A DNA stretch of 64,000 nt from assembly GCA_965203355.1 (NCBI GenBank), contig OZ241889.1, positions 2,432,001 to 2,496,000 on the forward strand, in the 5' to 3' direction. The notes below the pieces were generated by a model, which ran no database searches, was not told where the DNA came from, and saw only the letters and a program-made list of their open reading frames with translations. Source of the DNA: Candidatus Latescibacterota bacterium (lineage in GTDB: Bacteria > Latescibacterota > UBA2968 > UBA8231). Made by a program: the position numbers and the translations under genes. Position 1 is the first letter of the stretch; the number at the start of each line of letters is the position of its first letter. This document shows positions 50,113 to 59,251 of this stretch, piece after piece.

Positions 50113-50820
50113 ATGTACTCGCCGCCTGCCATTGCCGTCGTCATTCCCGCCTGCGACGAAGAAGAAGCCATCGGCAAGGTGCTGCAAGACATACCCGATA
50201 TCGCACAGCAGATTATCGTCGTCGATAATGGTTCGGCCGACCGCACCGCCGAGGTGGCCCGCCGCTTGGGTGTCTGCGTCGTCGTCGAGCCGCGCCGGGG
50301 CTATGGCCAGGCCTGTCTCGCGGGCATGGCCCATCTCGACAGCCCGGATATCGTCGTCTTTCTCGACGGCGATTACAGCGATTACCCCGAGGACATGCGA
50401 GATATAGTAAAACCGATCCTGGCAGACGATGCCGATATGGTCATTGGTTCTCGGGTCTTGGGCGAGCGAGAAAAGGGGGCTCTTTTGCCGCAGGCTCGCT
50501 TTGGCAACGGGTTGGCGACCTTCTTAATCCGTCTGTTGTTTGGCGTTACTTTTACGGATTTGGGGCCTTTTCGCGCATTGCGCTACGACGCGCTCATGCG
50601 GCTAGAAATGCAGGATCGCAACTTTGGTTGGACCGCGGAGATGCAAGTCAAAGCCGCTCGGTTGGGGCTGCGTGTGGTCGAAGTGCCGGTGCGCTATCGC
50701 CGCCGCATTGGCGGTTCCAAAATCACCGGTACGCTCAGCGGTACGCTACGGGCCGGATACAAAATTCTCTGGACCATTTTCCGCTATGTGCGATGGCGTC
50801 CTAGGCCGTCTCGGGGATAG
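50113..50820 (+). CDS. Glycosyltransferase family 2
   Basis: VIPACDEE, VVDNGSAD, FLDGDYSD, TDLGPFRA. Confidence 0.93.
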   Translation: MYSPPAIAVVIPACDEEEAIGKVLQDIPDIAQQIIVVDNGSADRTAEVARRLGVCVVVEPRRGYGQACLAGMAHLDSPDIVVFLDGDYSDYPEDMRDIVKPILADDADMVIGSRVLGEREKGALLPQARFGNGLATFLIRLLFGVTFTDLGPFRALRYDALMRLEMQDRNFGWTAEMQVKAARLGLRVVEVPVRYRRRIGGSKITGTLSGTLRAGYKILWTIFRYVRWRPRPSRG

Positions 50821-50834
50821 GTTGATACCGCTCG

Positions 50835-51863
50835 ATGCGCTTGGTGGACTACGACTTTGACCTGCCCGATGCCCTGATCGCGCAACGCCCAACGCCCGAG
50901 CGCGACCAAGCGCGTCTGTTGCTCTTGAACCGGGCGGATGGCTCGTTGCAGCACCTACACTTTGGGGCTATCGTCGATCAGCTCGCGCCTGGCGACGCCT
51001 TAGTATTGAACCAAACACAGGTCGTGCCAGCCCGGCTCAAGGGGCGTAAGGTTGCTACTGGAGGCCGGGTTGAGCTGCTGCTGCTCAGGCCGCTGACAGC
51101 GGGCGATTGGCTAGCGATGGGGCGGCCTGGGCGGGGCCTAAAACCCAAGACGCGGTTGGAGTTTGGCGACGGAGCGGTACAAGCGGACATCGTCGAGCAG
51201 GTTGCGCCGGGGCGGTTTCGCGTGCGCTTTGCCGTCGAAAATGTGCTGGCGCGGCTGGAAGAGATCGGCGAAATACCGCTACCGCCCTATATTCGGCGGC
51301 CGGCCGAAGCCGCAGACCGGGAACGCTATCAGACTATCTATGCGGCGCGTCCGGGGGCTGTGGCCGCCCCCACGGCCGGCCTGCACTTTACCCCTCAGTT
51401 AATCGAGGAGATTGCTGCCGAGGGCGTGGCGGTCCTAAAGGTGCTTTTGCACGTGGGGCCGGGCACGTTCGAGCCGGTGCGCTGTGCTGACCCGCGCCAG
51501 CATGTACTCGAGCCTGAATACTGCGAGATCGACGAGTCGGTGGCGGCCGCGCTCAGGCGTTGTCGCGCGGGTGGTGGGCGCATCGTCGCCGTAGGTACCA
51601 CCGTGGTGCGGACTTTGGAGTCAAGCGTTGATGCGGAAGGCCAGGTGTGCGCCGGCCGAGGATTTGCCAATGCTTTTATCTACCCACCCTACGCATTCAA
51701 AGCGGTCGATGCGTTGGTGACCAACTTTCACCTGCCTCGCTCGAGCCTGTTGTTGCTCGTGGCGGCGTTTGTCGGGCGGAAACGGCTTTTGGCCGCCTAC
51801 CGCGAGGCCATAGAGCGGGGCTATCGCTTTTACAGCTATGGCGATGCCATGATGATTGTGTGA
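50835..51863 (+). CDS. queA: S-adenosylmethionine:tRNA ribosyltransferase-isomerase
   Basis: YDFDLPDALIAQ, PLPPYI, YQTIYA, AAPTAGLHF, TNFHLP, FYSYGDAM. Confidence 0.97.
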   Translation: MRLVDYDFDLPDALIAQRPTPERDQARLLLLNRADGSLQHLHFGAIVDQLAPGDALVLNQTQVVPARLKGRKVATGGRVELLLLRPLTAGDWLAMGRPGRGLKPKTRLEFGDGAVQADIVEQVAPGRFRVRFAVENVLARLEEIGEIPLPPYIRRPAEAADRERYQTIYAARPGAVAAPTAGLHFTPQLIEEIAAEGVAVLKVLLHVGPGTFEPVRCADPRQHVLEPEYCEIDESVAAALRRCRAGGGRIVAVGTTVVRTLESSVDAEGQVCAGRGFANAFIYPPYAFKAVDALVTNFHLPRSSLLLLVAAFVGRKRLLAAYREAIERGYRFYSYGDAMMIV

Positions 51864-51867
51864 AGCC

Positions 51868-53031
51868 GTGGAAAGCATAACCGCCATCATCCCGGCCGCC
51901 GGGCGGGGGCAGCGCATGGGAGCAGATCGGCCCAAACAGTACCTCCCGTTAGGGGGTCGACCCGTGCTCTGGCACGTACTCGCGCGGCTCGAAGATAGCC
52001 CGCTGGTGGCCGATATCGTCTTGGTCGTGCGGCGCGAGGACCTGGACTATTGCCGCCAACTGAGTAAAAGCGGGGGGTTTGCCAAAGTCGCCGCCCTCGT
52101 GCCCGGGGGGGCTGAGCGCAGCGCATCCGTGTATCGGGGCTTGCAGGAGACCCGCGCCGATATGGTTTTGGTACACGACGCCGTGCGGCCGTTTATTTCC
52201 GAGGGGCTGCTGGAGAGGGTGGTCGCCGCCACGCGCGAGCACGGAGCGGCACTGCCCGCTTTGCCGGTGGTAGAGACGATCAAGGAAGTGGCGGATGATC
52301 GGGTCGTCGGTACGTTGCACCGCGAGCGGCTGTGGCAGGCGCAGACCCCGCAGGGCTTTGACCGCCAGTTGCTGCTGAGGGCATACCACGCGGCTGGAAT
52401 CGACGCGATGGCTACCGACGATGCCGCGCTGGTTGAGCGACTGGGACACGCGGTCTGCGTCGTGCCCGGCGAAGCCGACAATCGCAAGCTCACCACGCCC
52501 GAGGATCTGGCTTGGGCTGAGTGGCGAGTTCGCGCCGGAGAGGAGATACCTGCTATGGGCTTGTGCATAGGACAGGGCTACGACGTGCATCGCTTGGTGG
52601 AAGGGCGACCCCTGATTTTGGGCGGAGTCGTCGTGCCCTTTGACCGGGGGTTGGCAGGCCACTCGGACGCGGATGTGCTGACTCATGCCATAATCGACGC
52701 GCTCTTGGGTGCCTTGGCGGCCGGCGATATCGGCCAGCTCTTCCCGGACTCGGACGCGCAATACAAAGACATATCGAGCTTGGTGCTGCTCGAGCAGGTC
52801 GGTGTCCTGATAGCGGAACGAGGGGCGCGCGTCCTGCACATTGACGCGGTCGTCGCAGTCCAGCAGCCCAAGCTCGCGCCGCACCTAGCGGCGATGCGCC
52901 AAACGCTAGCGGCGACCTTGGGCCTAGCGATGGGACAGGTTTCGCTCAAGGCCACCACGACCGAACACTTGGGATTCGTCGGGCGCGAGGAGGGCGTGGA
53001 GGCCCAAGCCGTGGCCCTTTTAGCCCGCTAA
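51868..53031 (+). CDS. ispDF: Bifunctional IspD/IspF
   Basis: IPAAGRGQRM..KQY, VHDAVRP, AQTPQ, KLTTPED; then IGQGYDVH, GHSDADV, KATTTE. Confidence 0.95.
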   Translation: MESITAIIPAAGRGQRMGADRPKQYLPLGGRPVLWHVLARLEDSPLVADIVLVVRREDLDYCRQLSKSGGFAKVAALVPGGAERSASVYRGLQETRADMVLVHDAVRPFISEGLLERVVAATREHGAALPALPVVETIKEVADDRVVGTLHRERLWQAQTPQGFDRQLLLRAYHAAGIDAMATDDAALVERLGHAVCVVPGEADNRKLTTPEDLAWAEWRVRAGEEIPAMGLCIGQGYDVHRLVEGRPLILGGVVVPFDRGLAGHSDADVLTHAIIDALLGALAAGDIGQLFPDSDAQYKDISSLVLLEQVGVLIAERGARVLHIDAVVAVQQPKLAPHLAAMRQTLAATLGLAMGQVSLKATTTEHLGFVGREEGVEAQAVALLAR

Positions 53032-53034
53032 AGC

Positions 53035-53628
53035 ATGGCAGAATATTTGGACGCTCTACTCGCGGCCCTGTCTGGCGTCGATCCGCTGTGGGCGTATGGC
53101 ATCTTGCTGCTTAGTGCCTTTTTGGAAAACATCGTGCCACCCATACCGGGCGATACGGTGGTGGTGTTCAGTGCCTATTTGGTCGGGCGCGGCCTCTTGG
53201 ATATATGGTCGGTTTTTCTGGCGATTTGTGTTGGGGGTATGGCCGGCTTTCTGGTCATGTACTACTTGGGGTATAGCCGGGGGCGCGCCTTTTTCGCTGG
53301 CCGTCGGGGTACGGCGAGGCTGGCCCAAGCCGAGCAATGGCTCAGTCGCTACGGCGTCGCGCTCCTTTTAGGCAACCGATTTTTAAGCGGCATTCGGTCG
53401 GTCATCGCCATTGGTGCTGGTCTGGGACGCATGCCTTGGCCGACGGTCGTGCTCTGCGGCGCGATTGGCATGGCCGTTTGGAATGGACTGCTGCTTTACG
53501 CTGGAATTTTGGTGGGTGAAAACTGGGAACAGGTCGCGGAGCTACTCGCACAATACAATAGATTATTAGCGGGGCTCCTATGCTTGGTAGGGGCTGTACT
53601 CACTTGGCGTTGGTGGCGCAAGCGTTGA
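53035..53628 (+). CDS. DedA family membrane protein
   Basis: ENIVPPIPGD, RFLSGIRS, GLGRMPW. Confidence 0.93.
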   Translation: MAEYLDALLAALSGVDPLWAYGILLLSAFLENIVPPIPGDTVVVFSAYLVGRGLLDIWSVFLAICVGGMAGFLVMYYLGYSRGRAFFAGRRGTARLAQAEQWLSRYGVALLLGNRFLSGIRSVIAIGAGLGRMPWPTVVLCGAIGMAVWNGLLLYAGILVGENWEQVAELLAQYNRLLAGLLCLVGAVLTWRWWRKR

Positions 53629-53653
53629 CAAGCACGGATAGAGGGCTTATAAT
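53625..53653 (+). promoter_or_regulatory. Consensus sigma70 promoter
   Basis: Exact TTGACA-17 nt-TATAAT. Confidence 0.8.
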
Positions 53654-53699
53654 AAAAATTTTCGTACATTATAGGCAGCGGGCAGAGAAAAGAGACGAT

Positions 53700-54428
53700 A
53701 TGGCATATCGTAAAGATCCCGATTTAGAGTTCTTGAAAAACGTTCCGAGTGCTAATCTAAATGAACTTGTCGATTATTTAACCAAAGATAAAGATGGGAA
53801 TCTGCGGTTGACAGAAGAACTAACGGATAATTCGCGGTACAAATCCGATTGCCCTGATCACCATCAATACTGGGATTTGATAGCTGCTGAGCTCCAATAT
53901 TTCGGTGCAAATACTATCGCAACGATTCTCAGAGGCGGTGAAGGTGTACCTTATAGGGAGATATTGACCGACGTCTGTAACAAGATGAAGGTAAACTACA
54001 ATCAGGCCGCCAGAGTTGGTGCGATCGAAATGAATCTTTTAATGAAGGTCTTGACTGACTCAATGGAAAAGATGAGCCCTGATGACCTAAAGGCAGTTGT
54101 TGAAGAGCTAAATCTGAATACAACGGATTTTACGGGTCCAGCAGTTGCAGCCGCACTACAGGGGGCAGTCTTTTACAGCGGCTTTGCAGCATATCAAATG
54201 GCGACTATAGTAGCAAATGCGGTTGCTAAACAGCTACTTGGTCGAGGGTTGACCATTGCTGCAAATGCCACACTGACGCGCACTATAGGGATGTTTGCCG
54301 GACCAATTGGGTGGGCTTTGACAGGTCTTTGGACGATAATTATCATTGCGGGGCCTGCCTATCGCGTTACAATTCCTGCCGTGATTCAAGTCGCGTATCT
54401 CCGTGTGAAAACACAGTACGAAAGCTAA
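53700..54428 (+). CDS. DUF3944/YaaW-like (UPF0174) protein
   Basis: MAYRKDPDLEFL, LQYFGANTIA..RGGEGVPYREIL, GPAYRVTIPAVIQVAYLR; low GC. Confidence 0.85.
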   Translation: MAYRKDPDLEFLKNVPSANLNELVDYLTKDKDGNLRLTEELTDNSRYKSDCPDHHQYWDLIAAELQYFGANTIATILRGGEGVPYREILTDVCNKMKVNYNQAARVGAIEMNLLMKVLTDSMEKMSPDDLKAVVEELNLNTTDFTGPAVAAALQGAVFYSGFAAYQMATIVANAVAKQLLGRGLTIAANATLTRTIGMFAGPIGWALTGLWTIIIIAGPAYRVTIPAVIQVAYLRVKTQYES

Positions 54429-54474
54429 TCGGTTGGGTGGCTTTCTATAAATTAAAACACCACTATGAGAAAAG

Positions 54475-54912
54475 ATGATGAACGACATTACTCACGCCCC
54501 TAAAATGGGTGAAATCAAGCGGCAGTGGTTTGTGGTTGATGCCACCGATAAGGTGCTAGGGCGGCTGGCTTCGGAAATCGCTCAGGTGCTGCGCGGCAAA
54601 AACAAACCTGAATACGCTCCACATGCCGATGTGGGCGACCACGTCATCGTGATCCATGCCGACAAGGTAAAAGTCACGGGCAACAAGGCCGAAAAAAAGG
54701 TCTATTATCGCCACACCGGATACCCAGGTGGTTTGCGGGTCACGCCCTACAGCCGCATGGCCGAACGGCATCCCGACCGCATCATCCGCAAAGCCGTGTG
54801 GGGTATGCTGCCGCACACCAAATTGGGCCGGACGCAGCTCAAGAAGCTCCGCGTTTATGCCGGCGGCGAACACCGGCACCAAGCGCAAAACCCCCAGCCT
54901 CTCGAACTTTAA
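54475..54912 (+). CDS. rplM: 50S ribosomal protein L13
   Basis: [33 protein letters not shown]. Confidence 0.98.
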   Translation: MMNDITHAPKMGEIKRQWFVVDATDKVLGRLASEIAQVLRGKNKPEYAPHADVGDHVIVIHADKVKVTGNKAEKKVYYRHTGYPGGLRVTPYSRMAERHPDRIIRKAVWGMLPHTKLGRTQLKKLRVYAGGEHRHQAQNPQPLEL

Positions 54913-54928
54913 GCCAAAGGCACCCCCC

Positions 54929-55321
54929 ATGCCCTTAGAAAGCTATGAAGCGACCGGCCGCAGAAAGACCTCGGTCGCCCGAGTGCGGATGCAGCTCGGC
55001 AATGGCCGTATTTACATGAACGGTCGTGCGGTCAGCGAATACCTGCGCCGAGATTCCCTGGAGATGATCCTCGTGCAGCCGCTGGATCTGACCGAGACGC
55101 GGCACGCGTTCGACATCCACATTTCTACCGCTGGCGGCGGCTTGCGCGGTCAAGCCGGTGCCGCCTGCTTGGGCATTGCCCGCGCCTTGTTACAGTACGA
55201 CCCGCAAAAGCGGGAAGTGTTGAAGAAGGGCGGTTTTTTGACGCGCGATGCCCGCGAGAAAGAACGCAAGAAGTACGGATTGGCCGGTGCCCGCAAGCGC
55301 TTCCAATTCTCCAAGCGCTAG
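54929..55321 (+). CDS. rpsI: 30S ribosomal protein S9
   Basis: TGRRKTSVARV, ERKKYGLAGARKRFQFSKR. Confidence 0.98.
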   Translation: MPLESYEATGRRKTSVARVRMQLGNGRIYMNGRAVSEYLRRDSLEMILVQPLDLTETRHAFDIHISTAGGGLRGQAGAACLGIARALLQYDPQKREVLKKGGFLTRDAREKERKKYGLAGARKRFQFSKR

Positions 55322-55333
55322 TTCTATTCCAAT

Positions 55334-55424
55334 ACACACGCTTCCCGATGCACAGCAGAGAGTGGCCCGTGGACGTTAGGCGTCTGCGGGTTCTGTGTGT
55401 AGATGAAGGAGGCGGAGGCCCAAC
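55334..55424 (+). ncRNA. rpsB leader (t44-like ribosomal protein S2 autoregulatory element)
   Basis: Starts ACACACG and ends GCGGAGGC-CCAAC directly upstream of rpsB, matching the conserved ends of the t44/rpsB leader; internal stems. Confidence 0.7.
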
Positions 55425-55442
55425 AAACATTGAGGAGCGATC

Positions 55443-56213
55443 ATGGCTGACTTCACTATCCGCGACTTGCTGGAAGCGGGCACCCACTTCGGGCACCAGA
55501 CCCGGCGTTGGAACCCGAAGATGCGGCCCTACATCTTCACCGAGCGCAACGGTATCCACATCATCGACCTGCAAAAGACGGTCGGCAAGGTCGAGGCTGC
55601 TTGCGAGGCCGTGCGCCAGACAGTGCGCGCCGGGCGTGCCGTGTTCTTTGTCGGCACGAAGAAGCAAGCCGCCGAACTCGTGCGGCAGGAAGCCGAGCGT
55701 TGTGGCATGTTTCACGCCACCGAGCGCTGGCTCGGCGGGATGTTGACCAACTGGCAGACCATTCGCCAAAGCATCCGGCACCTAGAACATCTCGACCGCA
55801 TCTCGACCGACGGGACCTACGAGAACCTCAAGAAAAAAGAAGTTCTGCTGCTCGAAAAAGAACGCGCCCGGCTCCAGCGGACCTTGGCCGGCATCCGCAA
55901 CATGGGCGGTTTGCCCGGCTTGGTCTTTATCATAGACATCAAGAAGGAGCACATCGCCGTGCGCGAGGCGGCCAAACTGGGCATTCCCTCCGTGGCCATC
56001 GTCGACACCAACTGCGACCCCGACTTGGTGACCTATCCCATTCCCGGCAACGACGATGCCATCCGCTCGATTGCCCTCATCACGCGCCTCATTGCCGACG
56101 CGGCGATTGAGGGTAGGGCCGAAGCCGAAGCCGAGAGAGCGGCGCGCGACGACAAGCAAGAGGCCGAACAAACCGAAGAGGCCCCGGCCAATGTAGCCGA
56201 GGCCACTACATAG
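55443..56213 (+). CDS. rpsB: 30S ribosomal protein S2
   Basis: [44 protein letters not shown]. Confidence 0.98.
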   Translation: MADFTIRDLLEAGTHFGHQTRRWNPKMRPYIFTERNGIHIIDLQKTVGKVEAACEAVRQTVRAGRAVFFVGTKKQAAELVRQEAERCGMFHATERWLGGMLTNWQTIRQSIRHLEHLDRISTDGTYENLKKKEVLLLEKERARLQRTLAGIRNMGGLPGLVFIIDIKKEHIAVREAAKLGIPSVAIVDTNCDPDLVTYPIPGNDDAIRSIALITRLIADAAIEGRAEAEAERAARDDKQEAEQTEEAPANVAEATT

Positions 56214-56238
56214 CTAGATCAACTGTTTTTGAAAGCAA

Positions 56239-56847
56239 ATGACGATGACTCAGATTACCGCACAAAGCGTACGAATGCTCCGGGAGAAAACGGGCTTGGG
56301 CATGATGGATTGCAAGAAAGCCCTGCAAGAAACCGGCGGCGACAGCGAAAAGGCCATTGAGTACTTGCGCAAGCAGGGCCTGTCCGCGGTGGAGAAACGG
56401 GCCGGCCGCGACGCTAGCGAGGGCCTGATCCAAGCGTATATTCACCAAGGCAGCCGCCTCGGGGTGTTGTTAGAGGTCAACTGCGAAACCGACTTCGTCG
56501 CTCGCACCGACGACTTCCAGACCTTTGCCAAGGATGTGGCCATGCACATTGCCGCTTCCCAGCCCTTGGCGATCGATCGGGAGGGCATTGCTGCCGCCGC
56601 CGTGGAAAAGGAGCGGGCCATCTACCTCGAACAAGCCAAAAACGAGGGCAAGCCCGAGCATATTGCCGAAAAGATCGTCGAAGGCCGCCTGGAGAAGTTC
56701 TATCAGGAAAGTTGCCTGTTAGAACAGGTCTTCGTCAAAAATCCCGACCAGACTGTCGGCGAATTGGTCACCGAGCTAACCGCCCGAATCGGCGAGAAAG
56801 TTACCGTGCGCCGCTTTGAGCGGTTCGTCTTGGGAGAAGACGCCTGA
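56239..56847 (+). CDS. tsf: Elongation factor Ts (short ~200-aa form)
   Basis: LREKTGLGMMDCKKAL, EVNCETDFVA. Confidence 0.97.
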   Translation: MTMTQITAQSVRMLREKTGLGMMDCKKALQETGGDSEKAIEYLRKQGLSAVEKRAGRDASEGLIQAYIHQGSRLGVLLEVNCETDFVARTDDFQTFAKDVAMHIAASQPLAIDREGIAAAAVEKERAIYLEQAKNEGKPEHIAEKIVEGRLEKFYQESCLLEQVFVKNPDQTVGELVTELTARIGEKVTVRRFERFVLGEDA

Positions 56848-56865
56848 AAGCACATTGAGGCCGCC

Positions 56866-57426
56866 ATGTTGGAAGAGGTCCTTGAAACAGTAACAGAGGC
56901 GATGGATAAAGCCGTTGAGTCCCTGCGCCGCGACTTAGCCGCTATTCGCACGGGGCGGGCCTCGGTTGCCATGCTCGACAATGTGCGGGTGGATTACTAC
57001 GGCCAACAGACACCGCTCAATCAGGTGGCGACGATTAGCGTCCCTGAGCCGCGCTTGTTGGCGATCAAGCCCTGGGAGGCCACCTTGATTCCCGCGATTG
57101 AAAAGGCCATCCTCGCCGACAAGAGCTTGGGGCTCAACCCGGCCAACGACGGTGCCGTCATCCGATTGCCCATTCCCGAACTGACCGAGGAGCGGCGGGT
57201 AGAAATCACCAAAGTGGCCCGGCAGCGGGCCGAAGAAGGGCGAGTTGCCGTGCGCCATGCGCGGCGCGACGGGATCGACTTGCTCCAAGAGGGGCAAAAG
57301 GACGGAGACATCTCCGCAGACGAGTCGCGCAATGCACAGAAAAAAGTGCAGGAGTTGACCGCTGAATACGTAGCCTCCATTGACGAGATTAGCGAAAATA
57401 AGGAAAAGGAGATCATGGAGGTCTGA
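56866..57426 (+). CDS. frr: Ribosome recycling factor
   Basis: IRTGRAS, VDYYG, PELTEERR, KEKEIMEV. Confidence 0.97.
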   Translation: MLEEVLETVTEAMDKAVESLRRDLAAIRTGRASVAMLDNVRVDYYGQQTPLNQVATISVPEPRLLAIKPWEATLIPAIEKAILADKSLGLNPANDGAVIRLPIPELTEERRVEITKVARQRAEEGRVAVRHARRDGIDLLQEGQKDGDISADESRNAQKKVQELTAEYVASIDEISENKEKEIMEV

Positions 57427-57446
57427 GCGGCCCCTGCTCTCTGGTT

Positions 57447-58331
57447 ATGCCGAAGCATGGCCTCGTTTTGTCGTTCTACTACATTCTCTGGTCCATGCGC
57501 CCCCGGCAGTGGATCAAGAATGTCTTCGTCTTTCCCGCCCTCGTTTTTTCCGCCCATCTTTTTGAATTTTCCTATCTGGTCCGCAGCTTAGGAGCGGCCC
57601 TCTGCTTTGTCTTGCTGAGCGGCGGCGTCTATTTGTTCAACGACATCTTCGACCGCCAGTACGACCGCCTGCATCCCCAAAAGTGCCATCGGCCCATTGC
57701 CGCCGGCCACCTGTCGGTCGCGTTGGCTTGGGGGGCGGCTTTGATGGCGTTGGCCCTGGCGTTGGCTGGCGCGTTTTGGCTGCACCCTCATTTGGGGTGG
57801 GTGGCTGTGCTCTACGCGGCACTCAACGCGGCGTACTCGCTCCGACTCAAGCACGTAGTGTTGGTGGATGTGCTGATTGTGGCCGCGTGTTATCTGCTGC
57901 GTGCCGTCGGCGGTGGCCTCGTCATCGAGGTGTCCATTTCCACTTGGTTTATCGTCTGCATCTTTGCGCTGGTGCTCTTCGTGGCTGTGGTCAAGCGCCG
58001 CCAGGAAATCGTGCAACTGGCGGCGGCGGCGGCCGATCACCGCGCCATTCTCAAAGAATACAGTCTGCCTTTTCTCGATCAAACGATCGCCGTCCTCACG
58101 GCTATGACCGTGGTCTGCTACGCGCTGTACGCGATGGGGGTGGGTGGCGCAGGCGATGCGCGATTGCAGTGGACGATCCCTTTTGTGCTCTACGGCGTGT
58201 TGCGCTATCTCTATTTGGTATATCACCGGGGGCAGGGGGACGACCCGACAGCCGTTGTCTGGCGTGATCGGCCTTTGCAGGTCAATACCTTGCTCTGGCT
58301 GGCGGCTAGCCTATTCGGGCTGTATGTCTAA
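57447..58331 (+). CDS. UbiA prenyltransferase family (decaprenyl-phosphate phosphoribosyltransferase-like)
   Basis: MRPRQWIKN, YLFNDIFD..DRLHPQKCHRPIAAG, AYSLRLKH, KRRQE. Confidence 0.92.
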   Translation: MPKHGLVLSFYYILWSMRPRQWIKNVFVFPALVFSAHLFEFSYLVRSLGAALCFVLLSGGVYLFNDIFDRQYDRLHPQKCHRPIAAGHLSVALAWGAALMALALALAGAFWLHPHLGWVAVLYAALNAAYSLRLKHVVLVDVLIVAACYLLRAVGGGLVIEVSISTWFIVCIFALVLFVAVVKRRQEIVQLAAAAADHRAILKEYSLPFLDQTIAVLTAMTVVCYALYAMGVGGAGDARLQWTIPFVLYGVLRYLYLVYHRGQGDDPTAVVWRDRPLQVNTLLWLAASLFGLYV

Positions 58332-58629
58332 CCGAGGTAAAGGGGAAGCGAGCATGGCCGCGCATTTGATTAGGAACGGGCGACCGCTCGCATTGCGCTA
58401 ATTCGGTGTATCCCGCGCCGCTCTGCGCCGATAGCGGCCTAGACGGCTCCGGCTTGCGTCAAGCCGCTAACTCAAGCTCTGAATTGCTTTGTTGCGAAGA
58501 AAAGGTAAACAAACGTAGCTTTACTCCCGTTGAACGGATCGCCACGCTCGGCCTGAACCCCGGCGACCCAAGCCCGACCTCAACCGTACCGCGACAATTG
58601 GAGATTTCAAGACGTACCACGACCTACAT

Positions 58630-58658
58630 TTGACAAACTTCAGCTGATATTGTATAAT
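58630..58658 (+). promoter_or_regulatory. Consensus sigma70 promoter for the adhesin-like gene
   Basis: Exact TTGACA-17 nt-TATAAT. Confidence 0.8.
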
Positions 58659-58752
58659 TGTTAGGTTAGGTATGAAATTCACAGCGCACAGCGGCGCGTT
58701 TGAGTTATAGAACCCCGGCCGCTGGCGGCATTCTTAGTCGGATTAACAGGAC

Positions 58753-58923
58753 ATGGGCACAACGTCAATAGCACAAAGAACGCCATCGCCGGGAGCGGTG
58801 CTTGATGCAATGACGGTGCCTTGTTCTACGCTTGCGATAACGCCGAGTCCTAATCGTCATAAGTCGTTAAAAAAACAAATACTTACCCCCCCCCCCCCGA
58901 ATTTCTTGGGCATTAAGCCCTAG
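58753..58923 (+). CDS. Putative 56-aa leader peptide crossing a poly-C tract
   Basis: SD-like ACAGGA, ATG 58753, MGTTSIAQR...HKSLKKQILTPPPPNFLGIKP*; below the ORF-track size cut-off. Confidence 0.45.
   Translation: MGTTSIAQRTPSPGAVLDAMTVPCSTLAITPSPNRHKSLKKQILTPPPPNFLGIKP
58886..58898. repeat. C13 homopolymer (simple sequence repeat)
   Basis: 13 consecutive C; the longest homopolymer I noticed in the window. Confidence 0.9.
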
Positions 58924-59096
58924 CTTCACTCACCAACCTATTCGCCTCGCTCCCCTTCCTCTACGGAAGCGGGAAACGGCCTTACTCTGCCCGGCCGCGT
59001 CGGTAAGCTCCACCGACCACTGGCCACCGGCCACTGACCACCCATCCCCATCACAAACGAAACCCCTCCTCGATAGCCTCGCGGTTATCGGCCGGC

Positions 59097-59140
59097 GACG
59101 TCGTAGCCCGAGCTCTCGCCGCGCGGGATTCGTCTTTTTT
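59097..59140 (+). terminator. Possible intrinsic terminator/attenuator within the leader
   Basis: Imperfect GC-rich hairpin (GACG..CCCG / CGGG..CGTC) followed by T6. Confidence 0.4.
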
Positions 59141-59251
59141 AACGGTAGCAAAAACGCAAGAACACAACGGCTTAGTTCTACGGCCAAGTCCATTTTCTTC
59201 TATCCCTTTCCTTTCGCCCGTGGGCGATGCTTTCCTTCAGGAGGTTGAGTA

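Noticed and set aside
58406-58633. 75-aa ORF after the UbiA gene
   Set aside because: GTG start without SD, no motif, and it ends in the promoter; probably non-coding
58930-59193. 87-aa minus-strand ORF in the adhesin leader
   Set aside because: No SD or motif; best explained as the antisense mirror of the open plus-strand frame
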